A stretch of DNA of 53,777 nt, taken from positions 1 to 53,777 of the IMG/VR virus record IMGVR_UViG_3300012944_000029; one strand, given 5' to 3'. The position numbers and the translations under genes were made by a program. The stretch's first letter is position 1; every line of letters starts with the position of its first letter. The DNA is from a virus. Taxonomy: Duplodnaviria; Caudoviricetes. The notes below the pieces were generated by a model. That model saw only the letters and a program-made list of their open reading frames with translations, had not been told where the DNA came from and searched no databases. Positions 17,380 to 25,921 of this stretch are shown piece after piece.

Positions 17380-18041
17380 TCAAGAATTTCCCAATGCCGT
17401 CTGAGCTTTGTAGGTTCCCTGCCACCCGGACGCGCGTACTTGTGGAACACGAGTCGTTTAGCATTCACCTTCGACATCAGGTCCACAAGTGAAAGAAAAG
17501 CGCTGTCGATGCAATGAATTTCCGTGGCGTTCTCAATGACCGCACACCAGTCGAAAATCGTCGCGGACTTATGGGCGAAGACCGCAGGAATATCCGGCAA
17601 CTTTTCAGGGTCGATAAAAAAACATCGTGTGCGATCATCGTGCACAAATACGTAGGGATAATCCAGCGTCTTAACTTCCCTATGCGGATCACGCACGACA
17701 TGAAACCCCTCCCACCGAAGCTCAGGCCGAAGGCCTGCCATGCGGTATAGATCGGTGTCCCAATGATCAATGTCGAAGCCCTCGCCGTGAAGGCCGAGCC
17801 TCAAGGTCTTGAGCTTATGCTTGTCCCGGCCTTCGGCAATATCGCGAGCCTGCTGATCGTCGTCCACGGGGATGATCTGGATTCTCGGATCGTCACGGAA
17901 TTGGAAATTCACGCTCGGCACATTTCTGTGTTTAACGGGAACGAAGACGTTGAAGTCCTTGGCGAAGTGCCGGACAAGTGAGTTGCAGATGAGCGCATCT
18001 CCGAGACCGCCGTGCCACAAAATGTAAAGGCTTTCACTCAT
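17376..18041 (-). CDS. GT-B-like (GT9-related) glycosyltransferase
   Basis: HGGLGDALIC N-terminal motif; IHCIDSAFLSL C-terminal motif. Confidence 0.65.
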   Translation of the reverse strand: MSESLYILWHGGLGDALICNSLVRHFAKDFNVFVPVKHRNVPSVNFQFRDDPRIQIIPVDDDQQARDIAEGRDKHKLKTLRLGLHGEGFDIDHWDTDLYRMAGLRPELRWEGFHVVRDPHREVKTLDYPYVFVHDDRTRCFFIDPEKLPDIPAVFAHKSATIFDWCAVIENATEIHCIDSAFLSLVDLMSKVNAKRLVFHKYARPGGREPTKLRRHWEILE

Positions 18042-18700
18042 GTCGTGAGAAAGTTTATGCGCTTCTGCCAATCGTAACCATTCGGCTCATCGTCCTGACT
18101 GAACCTCTCACCAATGAACCGAAAATCCCCCATCTTGGCCGGGAACGGACGCGCCCCCGTCCATTGGCCGCAGAAATCGTGCTGGAGGCAGTCGCCCTTG
18201 ATCATTGGCCACACCTTTTCCCAAAGGAACCGCTGATCATCCATGTACTCTCGGCTCTCCACATTAACGTCCTTCATCAGCGTCAGCATGCTCGGGATAG
18301 CACCCTTCACGGCACCCCACATGCCGCCCATCATGGGGTGTTTGTGCCCAGGATGGTCCCGAATCACGTGCGCGCTCTTGCCGGACTCGATCCATTCCTG
18401 CACGGCCTTGGCTTCGCGCTCGTTCAGGCGGGAATCAGCGTCACGGACGATATAGCGGTCCACGTCAGGAATATCATTCACGAGGAAGCGCGTGAACATC
18501 GTGACGCGTTCAAGTGGCATTTTGAGGTCGCAAGAGTCCCGAAGCGCGTTAAGGGTTTTGCGAGGCACGTCACGGTCAGCCCAGACGATCACGTCCCAGC
18601 CGGGATAAATGACCGGGGCAAGCTCGACGTTGGCCAGAGCGCCACTCAGGTAAACGGGGTCCTTTCCGTATATGCTCATTGACACGACTGACCGGTTCAT
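18038..18700 (-). CDS. Putative glycosyltransferase
   Basis: IVRDADSRL DxD, HVIRDHPGH, MGGMWG and DDQ-FL motifs; cluster context. Confidence 0.6.
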   Translation of the reverse strand: MNRSVVSMSIYGKDPVYLSGALANVELAPVIYPGWDVIVWADRDVPRKTLNALRDSCDLKMPLERVTMFTRFLVNDIPDVDRYIVRDADSRLNEREAKAVQEWIESGKSAHVIRDHPGHKHPMMGGMWGAVKGAIPSMLTLMKDVNVESREYMDDQRFLWEKVWPMIKGDCLQHDFCGQWTGARPFPAKMGDFRFIGERFSQDDEPNGYDWQKRINFLTT

Positions 18701-18706
18701 AGACGT

Positions 18707-18925
18707 TTAATCAATCCGCAAGCGGTTCGCGAAAACCGAGCACCGCGCAAACAAAAGCGAGGTTCTGTTTACAATTATCCGCGGTAAAGGGATCACATTC
18801 GGAATGTGGTTGAAGCAGGCCGCGTTAGAAAAGAGCTTCAGGGTTACCCTCTTTTCCTCCTGGCAACAGGGGAGAAAGGGGCGTTCTGATCTTGGGCTGT
18901 CTTTTCCCCTTCTTGTCGTTCTCAT
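18707..18925 (+). ncRNA. Structured non-coding element, copy A (paralogue of 51121-51471)
   Basis: Hairpin-dense intergenic gap sharing nine ordered motifs with the 51-kb gap. Confidence 0.55.
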
Positions 18926-20484
18926 GGCGGGGCGACCAGCGGGTAATCGTATCCTCTCGCCTTGCACCATTCCTTGGCGAGATTCATGTTCCATTGCTTG
19001 GCCGGATTGTCATTGGGCGTCTCGCGCCATTTCCGTGAGTGCGGCTCATGCAACACATATCCGAGTGGCAATTCCGCGCCGGGTATGGTAGTGAGAATAT
19101 TATGGTACGTCGTCCGAATCCCGATGGACTCCCGAATCATGAGCGTCATCACAATATCCCACTCCTGTTCGCCCAGAAGAAAATCAGGAATGCTCGCCCA
19201 GTTGGACCGGATCCATTCCGGCCTGAAAGCGAACAGGTCACGCCCGAGATCGCTTTTGTAACGCCGCGCCAGTTCCTCTGGACTTTCTGCTAGATCAGGC
19301 CTGACGCCCGCGACGAAGTTCAGCCTGAAAGATGATACCGCGCCCATCTGCCCATTCACGGCATGAAGCAGGTCCACGATTTTGGGGTGCAGCACCGTGT
19401 CGTCATTGGTCAAGACGATCCAGTCGTTGTCCTGAGCGATAGTCAGTCCCTCCACGAGCACGTCCTTCAGGTATGTCAATTTTCGGTCATCCCCGATCAG
19501 ACCAGAGTGCCTGTCAGGGTGCCACACATGCACCGGTCGCGCAGCACCGCTCTTGTAAAGCGGTATCCATGAATCGAATGCGTGCATCACGCGCCCGTAC
19601 GATTCGTCACTTACGTGCCGCTCTACGACATGAACCAGTTTGGCTTGGGACGTTTTCCAGATGGCCCTGGGCGGGTCGGCATATACCGTTTCGGTCCTGG
19701 TCCGAATGGGAAACAAATCAGAAATCACCTTGCCAGCCTTCTGAATCATGGTCTGGCCGGTGGCCACAGTTGCCTTGGCAATTTTGGTGGCCACACTGGC
19801 CCGCTTCTCCCGGAGTCGATCGATCAGCGTGCCATCCTTGCACCGATGGAACACAACCGCGTCAGGGCTGACGATGTACTCGACAGATTGCCACGTTGGG
19901 AATGTCGGCGGTTTACCGCTCACTTGCCACACATGCTGCATGAAATGATTGGCTGAATGAGTGAGTGTCGGGACGATCTCCGCACCGGCGACGCGGTCCC
20001 AAGGCGCTTGCCGGCAGAACAAAGCGTTTGAACTGTAATCGCAGACGTTCCACGGCAGGACGCACGCGCCATTGATATGCTCGCCGGGCGGCACGAGGTT
20101 GCCGGTGAACAATTTTGCACCGCGTTTATGCTCATCCTCAATCTCAGTGATCCATCCAGGCTTCAACGGCACGACATCAGACTCCCACCAATACCATGAG
20201 TCCCTGAGATTGGCGTGCACGTAGCGGGCCGCAGCTTGCCAAGCCCAATTCTGTGGTTCAGGCCATTTGGTGTTTCCCTCGAAGGCATCGTATTCAAGTG
20301 TCTTGACGGTCCTGAAATAGTCATTGGCCAAACTCCTGATCATGGCCTTGGGAGCTTCGGACATGCCTCTCTCGCACGAGAGCAACGCGGCGAACGGGAC
20401 ATCGCCATCAAGCTCAATGGCCCATTCTAGGTTACGTATTTGGCGGTCCACGTCACCGTCGAAGAATGGCACTACGACAAGCAT
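18922..20484 (-). CDS. Two-domain glycosyltransferase-like protein
   Basis: MLVVVPF start; WWESDVV and LTNDDTVL acidic motifs in two halves; cluster context. Confidence 0.55.
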   Translation of the reverse strand: MLVVVPFFDGDVDRQIRNLEWAIELDGDVPFAALLSCERGMSEAPKAMIRSLANDYFRTVKTLEYDAFEGNTKWPEPQNWAWQAAARYVHANLRDSWYWWESDVVPLKPGWITEIEDEHKRGAKLFTGNLVPPGEHINGACVLPWNVCDYSSNALFCRQAPWDRVAGAEIVPTLTHSANHFMQHVWQVSGKPPTFPTWQSVEYIVSPDAVVFHRCKDGTLIDRLREKRASVATKIAKATVATGQTMIQKAGKVISDLFPIRTRTETVYADPPRAIWKTSQAKLVHVVERHVSDESYGRVMHAFDSWIPLYKSGAARPVHVWHPDRHSGLIGDDRKLTYLKDVLVEGLTIAQDNDWIVLTNDDTVLHPKIVDLLHAVNGQMGAVSSFRLNFVAGVRPDLAESPEELARRYKSDLGRDLFAFRPEWIRSNWASIPDFLLGEQEWDIVMTLMIRESIGIRTTYHNILTTIPGAELPLGYVLHEPHSRKWRETPNDNPAKQWNMNLAKEWCKARGYDYPLVAPP

Positions 20485-21137
20485 GCGGATTGGGTGATTG
20501 CCTTCAGGATTTGGCGGCAGAGAAATTCGGAATAGGCCGGTGGGATGGCTTGAGAAAGCTCATTCCTGTTCATCCAATCGATCCCCATAGCGCGCCGACA
20601 GTCTTCGATCAAAAACCCCTTGCCTCCGTTTTTATCCCGCACCCAGGTTGGGGTTCCGTTTCCAACGACGCACACGGCAAGCTCTGGATGCTGACAGGGA
20701 TGGGTCATTATTAGTCGCCCGATATTCGTCTCGAAAATCCGATGACGGACCAGCTTCAACCCAAACATAGAACCGCAGAGCATAATATCGCAGCGCATGG
20801 GAGCGCCGGGCACGTTTTCAATAATGTATGGACCGCCAAACGCTTCTAGCTTTGACCTGGTCGCGGCCATCAAGTCGGGGTAGGAATGGCCAAGATTCCG
20901 CCTTGCCCGAGAAGCCTTTGAGTAGGCCTGGCACGGCGGACTGGCCCACACGAAATCAAAGCCTGAAAGGTCGGCTTCCAGCGCATCGCCAAGGTTGAAT
21001 TAGAACGGATAGTTTTTCTGAGGCCGGTTGTCCCATCCCTCGACTTCAAAGCCTGCGCGGTGCATGCCCATAGCTGCACCGCCAGCCCCTGAAAACAGGT
21101 CCGCCGCCCTTGGTCGGTCAGCCGCTCGCACGGTCAA
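20472..21137 (-). pseudogene. C5-cytosine DNA methyltransferase with in-frame TAA at codon 46 (21002-21000)
   Basis: DLFSGAGG motif I upstream and WASPPCQ, IENV, R-HR-F motifs downstream are in one frame, interrupted at KNYPF*FNLGDAL. Confidence 0.85.
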
Positions 21138-22321
21138 TATTCCTTCAGCCCAGCAGCACGTGCCTGGTCGATGATGGAATTGATGACGCCATCCGGTCCT
21201 TCATACTTCTTCGTGTCGGTTTTCGTCTCGATCTTCCCGGAACCCGGGGATGGCGTCGCGCCTTTGACGCTGGCCAGTTCGGCTTTCACTTTGGACAATT
21301 GCTCGAGTACGGCAGCCGCGCTCTCGGCCAAGGCAGGACCAGCCGCGGCCCAGAGGCTCGCCTTTGCCAAATCTTCGGGCGGCAGGTTTGACGAGTAAAT
21401 CGCATTCGCCAAAGCCCTGCGCTTCTCGACGCCTTGGTTCCATTCATGGTCATCAGCGCGGGTCTGGAACGGGGCCAATCCTTCTGCGGGATCAGACGCC
21501 TTGGCCATGGCCAGCTCAAATGCGGTTTTGTACTTAGCTCGCACCTGATCTTGTTGAGTCCTCTGCTGTTCCTGAAGCATATTGTAATTGTCACGCGCCC
21601 GACCAATCTCCGTCGTGCGCTCATCTTCCATGTCTGACCATTTGGCCACGCAGTTGGCGAGACGCGTTGCCCGTGACGGCCCCAGCGTATCCATGATGGC
21701 GTCGATGGCATTGGAGCGGTCGTCGCTGTCCGGTGCAGCAAGGAGGCGCTCAATCTTCGTCGCATTCTCCTCTCCTACCGCAGCCTTGGCAGATTTCAGA
21801 ATTCCGTTGGCCTTTTCCTGAAAGTACGCTTTGAACTTTGGGTGCTCGACGACATTCAGGATACGAACCTGATCAGAAAGTTCGTCTCGCTCCTTTTTGA
21901 GGCGCTCCATTTCCAGCGAAGGCGTGTGTGCTTTGAAATGGGTCAGCTCCTCATTGCGCGCCTTCAATTCGGCAGAGAGCTTGTCCGTCTCAGCCTTGTG
22001 CTTGTCGCGCAAGAGCTGCCAGTCAACTTTGCCCTTCTCGCTCAGGCCATCCGGCGTGTCATCAACGATAGGCGTAGGCGTAACGGGCTCGGCAGGTTCA
22101 GCGGGCTTTTCGTTCGTGATTCTGTCCAGCCGGTTCGGAGTCACATTAACCGCTTTGTCCGTAGCTTTCTTGTCAGCGCGTACGAGAGGCTTTTTGTTGG
22201 TCAACTCACGATGGAAATCTTCGATCTGATCCTCGTATTGTTTGAGGCTTTCGATCGAAAGAGCGTCTGGCGTGGGTTCGTCGTCTTTGGTGGTGTCAGG
22301 TGCTTGGATTGTCTTTGGCAT
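21134..22321 (-). CDS. Capsid scaffolding protein
   Basis: Downstream of the portal; acidic/Pro-rich N-terminus and long coiled coils. Confidence 0.65.
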   Translation of the reverse strand: MPKTIQAPDTTKDDEPTPDALSIESLKQYEDQIEDFHRELTNKKPLVRADKKATDKAVNVTPNRLDRITNEKPAEPAEPVTPTPIVDDTPDGLSEKGKVDWQLLRDKHKAETDKLSAELKARNEELTHFKAHTPSLEMERLKKERDELSDQVRILNVVEHPKFKAYFQEKANGILKSAKAAVGEENATKIERLLAAPDSDDRSNAIDAIMDTLGPSRATRLANCVAKWSDMEDERTTEIGRARDNYNMLQEQQRTQQDQVRAKYKTAFELAMAKASDPAEGLAPFQTRADDHEWNQGVEKRRALANAIYSSNLPPEDLAKASLWAAAGPALAESAAAVLEQLSKVKAELASVKGATPSPGSGKIETKTDTKKYEGPDGVINSIIDQARAAGLKEY

Positions 22322-22565
22322 ATTGTGATCCGGTTCTTGTGAATTTGATATGATAGTGACCAACGTCGGGATCAGCTAAGGACGCATGCCATTTAATTTC
22401 AATGAGAGTCCAGACTGGCCCGGAATCGTCGAAGCCTTTCAGCGCTTCCAATATCTGCACTAGACCCATCTTGGAGTTCCCTTTGTAAATTGGCTCTGTC
22501 CTGAGCGACGACATTTGAATGGAGAAGGCTCGCTCTGTTTCAGGTGATTCAACCCTTGTTGTCAT
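22296..22565 (-). CDS. Hypothetical protein
   Basis: Coupled ORF. Confidence 0.45.
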   Translation of the reverse strand: MTTRVESPETERAFSIQMSSLRTEPIYKGNSKMGLVQILEALKGFDDSGPVWTLIEIKWHASLADPDVGHYHIKFTRTGSQYAKDNPST

Positions 22566-22858
22566 AATTCACGTTGTGGCGGCGGACCCGCCCCGAAGTC
22601 CATGGGTATTTCTTCAGGCGCCGGGAGGATATGGCCCAGAGACCGGAGCAAGCTCAAGCAATCCGCGTAGCCTTCCTTGCGCCCAAGCTCAATCGCCACG
22701 CCAATGTCCGTCGCGGGCTGGCCCCGAAGCGGGTATCCGTGCGGCATCGCGTTATACATGACGCTGAAGATGTGCCCGAACAGCGGGCTGGCCATCGTGC
22801 GCCGGGCTTCGTCGATCAACTCAGGGGATTGCGCCCAACGATGCAAGGTCATGCCCAT
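22562..22858 (-). CDS. Small head-morphogenesis protein (between portal and scaffold)
   Basis: Position; LGRKEG motif of small post-portal podovirus proteins. Confidence 0.55.
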   Translation of the reverse strand: MGMTLHRWAQSPELIDEARRTMASPLFGHIFSVMYNAMPHGYPLRGQPATDIGVAIELGRKEGYADCLSLLRSLGHILPAPEEIPMDFGAGPPPQREL

Positions 22859-22991
22859 CGGGAATAATTCCCGAGGCGATTCTACAGGTGTCGGGCGGGG
22901 AAGTTCACGGGTGAACCAGCGCCGGATTGACCATTTCCGACCAGAGCGTTTAGAGTCGATGCCGTTTGAATACTACAGAGCAACACGCCTG

Positions 22992-25316
22992 TCAAGACGG
23001 TTTGTTATTCTCGGCTTGAATCTTCGCGGCAGCGGAAAGATCATTCAAAGCCATCTTCTGGTCGTGGCTTTCTTGCTTCAGCTTGAGGGACTGTGCGCCC
23101 TTGGCCTTCTTGATGCCGATGTCCACTTGCGCCTGCGCGACCTTCACTTGCGTCTGTGGGTCCGTGCCCTGCTGAACGGATTGTGCGATTTGCGCCGCCT
23201 TCTGTTGCTCGGCCTGTTGTTGCATCGCTTTGCGGCGTTCGGCGTCGATCTGTCCACGGAGTTGGTCTGTGAGTTGTCCGAGCTTTTTCCATTGCTGTTC
23301 CAAAAGCTGAAACTCGCGCTTGTGCAAAGGGTCGCCCTTGAGCTTGTCAAGATGCACGGCGCAATGCTGACCGATCGCGTCCATGAAAGTCACAACTTCA
23401 GCCGGATCAGGCATGTGCTGAGGTTGCTGGCCCTGCTGAGGCTGGAGCGACGCCACCGCTTGTGATCCTGCGAGAAGGTGCGCCTGAAGATGAATGACGC
23501 TGTTCTGAGTCGGTGTCCATGTGACCGCCCCAGCCCCGCCGATTTTGATCGCGACATTCTCCAGCATGGCTGTCTCTTGCTGATCACTCGGCAGTTGGCT
23601 GATCGCTTCCTCTGGCACGTACCGTTCGGCTGTGGTCTGATTCGAGTGGACGGCGACATAATCTTTGAGCCACTTCGTCTTGCCAGACTCGGGGAACATC
23701 TGGGAAACCTTGCCGAGCGCCTCGGTCGCTTCCTGGCGCATCACGAATGAGCCGTTGCCCAGCGCTCGGAAGGCTTTCACGCATTTGACTTTCTTCATGG
23801 CGGAGAGTGGAACGCCACGACGCTTACAGGCGTCCCGGAAGTCCTTCGCCATATTCGCGCTGTCGTCGTCGTATGGCGTCTCATTCACCACGCGCCGGTA
23901 AAGCTCCGCGTAATGCCGATCGAGTTGGACGTAGAACCTTCCCACCTGAGAGTTGGACAGGACGGCTTGGCTCTGGTAACGCAACTCCTCTCCGCGGGCC
24001 GTCGGAGGGTTCCCCTTCTGTCGGGGTTCAATCGCCTGCTTGTACACGCCAGTGTTTTGGGCCAGTTTTTGGCTGAGCACTTGGTCCGCGAGAATCAACC
24101 CCTGCATATCGCCAAAGATCGTGGACTGATGCACGGTATAATCCGCCGGCAGAATCGTAAGCCCGCCTGTCATCGTGATGCTGATCTTGTTCTGGGCCGC
24201 AGCAGAGTTGGGCTGAATGATGATGTCGCCACGCATGAAAGCGTTGTCAGCCATTTTATTGATAATCCGAGTCTTGACCTCGACAGCGGCATAACAATCC
24301 TGGCCAAGGCCAGTCATCCCGTTCCACGACCCATCCAGAACTTCCAAAAAGAACGTCGAAATGAGCGACGAAAACTTCTCGTACTGCCCGCGTTTGATGA
24401 ACAGATATTCCTCTTCGGCATCGTCGCCCTCCTTGAGATATTGGCGCAACTGATCTTCAGGCACGATCGCGTGCGTGACTGTGTTATCAAACTCCCTGAC
24501 GTACACATGTGCCACCTTCACATTGGGCGTCGTAGTGGAATAGGACACGTCATGGTCCTTCATCCGTTGCTGGTAATACTGGTAATCCCATGCCGTATCC
24601 GGCTGTGTCGTCGTCGCGCTCTCAATGGCCTTAACCACTTCATCCACGTCGTAGCCCATATCCACAGCTTGGGATTTGTTTCGAATCCAATTCCAGAGTT
24701 TGACTTCGGTCAGACGTTCCCGAATCACAATCACGTCCAGGTTCCCGCTGAACGCGTCGGTGTCGTCCGGGACCAGTACTCGACCGCACGGGATATGTTT
24801 AAACTGCCAATCCTTGTTATCCGGCCATAGCAGGAACCCTTTTCCGAAGAAAATGAAATCATGCAGCATCGCCTGCATGTTGAACTCGAAACCTTCATAT
24901 GAACGCAAAAGGTAATCGAACTCTTCCGTGATAATTTGGTTCCAACGCTCCCCGATGTCTCTCGTGGCTGGGTCAGCATAATCGAGCGTGACATGGGCAA
25001 AGAACGACGACGAATTGAATAGGTCGTAATACGGCGTCAGGGCGGCGGACAGCAGCGCTTTTCCTTCACGCGGGTTGAAACTCGATCGCCATGCCTGCCC
25101 GTGCTTTTTCAGCTCCGACAGTGGAAACGGAGCATTGCCGTCCCGCATCCCGCACAGCTTCGTGTCGCGGTAAGCACGTTCGCGGTTATCGTCCATAAGC
25201 CCAGCCGCGAGTATACGTGCGGTACGTGCGTCTTTGAGACGCGTCGTGGGCGGTTGCGAGTTGTCCCCCAGAGTCTCAAGCTGGAGGACGTTCGTGCTTA
25301 CGCGGTCAGGATTCAT
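22992..25316 (-). CDS. Portal protein
   Basis: 774 aa two genes after TerL; FFGKGF and TARGE-type motifs; Gln-rich C-terminal coiled coil. Confidence 0.8.
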   Translation of the reverse strand: MNPDRVSTNVLQLETLGDNSQPPTTRLKDARTARILAAGLMDDNRERAYRDTKLCGMRDGNAPFPLSELKKHGQAWRSSFNPREGKALLSAALTPYYDLFNSSSFFAHVTLDYADPATRDIGERWNQIITEEFDYLLRSYEGFEFNMQAMLHDFIFFGKGFLLWPDNKDWQFKHIPCGRVLVPDDTDAFSGNLDVIVIRERLTEVKLWNWIRNKSQAVDMGYDVDEVVKAIESATTTQPDTAWDYQYYQQRMKDHDVSYSTTTPNVKVAHVYVREFDNTVTHAIVPEDQLRQYLKEGDDAEEEYLFIKRGQYEKFSSLISTFFLEVLDGSWNGMTGLGQDCYAAVEVKTRIINKMADNAFMRGDIIIQPNSAAAQNKISITMTGGLTILPADYTVHQSTIFGDMQGLILADQVLSQKLAQNTGVYKQAIEPRQKGNPPTARGEELRYQSQAVLSNSQVGRFYVQLDRHYAELYRRVVNETPYDDDSANMAKDFRDACKRRGVPLSAMKKVKCVKAFRALGNGSFVMRQEATEALGKVSQMFPESGKTKWLKDYVAVHSNQTTAERYVPEEAISQLPSDQQETAMLENVAIKIGGAGAVTWTPTQNSVIHLQAHLLAGSQAVASLQPQQGQQPQHMPDPAEVVTFMDAIGQHCAVHLDKLKGDPLHKREFQLLEQQWKKLGQLTDQLRGQIDAERRKAMQQQAEQQKAAQIAQSVQQGTDPQTQVKVAQAQVDIGIKKAKGAQSLKLKQESHDQKMALNDLSAAAKIQAENNKPS

Positions 25317-25921
25317 TTACTCATCCAGCACCAAGCTGGAAACGCGGCCTGGACCTCTTTGGACATGTGGCCTTTGAGCAGGCCGAGTGGAAGCCATATC
25401 TTAGCTTTTAAGCCACACCCGCACACTGTGCAAGCGTGCAGATAATCGTCCTTGGTCGTTTTCTCGCCCCCAACGAACTGCGTGATGAGACCGCGTAGGT
25501 CCTCGGAGTTGCACGCCGCGCAGCCCGTAATTGGTTGGTTGCACGGACAATTTGCGCAGACCGAAGCACGACTCTCGGCTTCGTCCATGGTGACTTTCTC
25601 GCGCCCGCGAACCCACCAATCGAACAGAGTTCTCGTCCCGGCCAGGATGGCCCCGAACGATGTCGTGCCCGCGCCGTAAGCCTGAACTCCGCCCGATCCG
25701 ACATGCTCGCAAACTCCAGGTGGCATCGACTGGCAAAGCTGATCCTCGCTCTCCGTCGCGATGTCACCGAGCGGTATGCCGTTGGATTCACGGTGGGATT
25801 TGATGCGCTTATGCCAGTCGGGCATCGTCGGCGCTTCGATCCAGGTTTTGGTGGAAATTTCCAGGAATTTATACCCATTCGGAGGAACCTCGTTTCGACG
25901 GATGATGCGCAACATGGTCAA
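25313..25921 (-). CDS. Cys-rich hypothetical protein between TerL and portal
   Basis: CANCPCN, CAAC, CTVCGC and WCW clusters. Confidence 0.7.
   Translation of the reverse strand: MTMLRIIRRNEVPPNGYKFLEISTKTWIEAPTMPDWHKRIKSHRESNGIPLGDIATESEDQLCQSMPPGVCEHVGSGGVQAYGAGTTSFGAILAGTRTLFDWWVRGREKVTMDEAESRASVCANCPCNQPITGCAACNSEDLRGLITQFVGGEKTTKDDYLHACTVCGCGLKAKIWLPLGLLKGHMSKEVQAAFPAWCWMSK

Noticed and set aside
18679-18711. Promoter for element copy A (TTGACA at 18679)
   Set aside because: No convincing -10 at 16-18 nt spacing.
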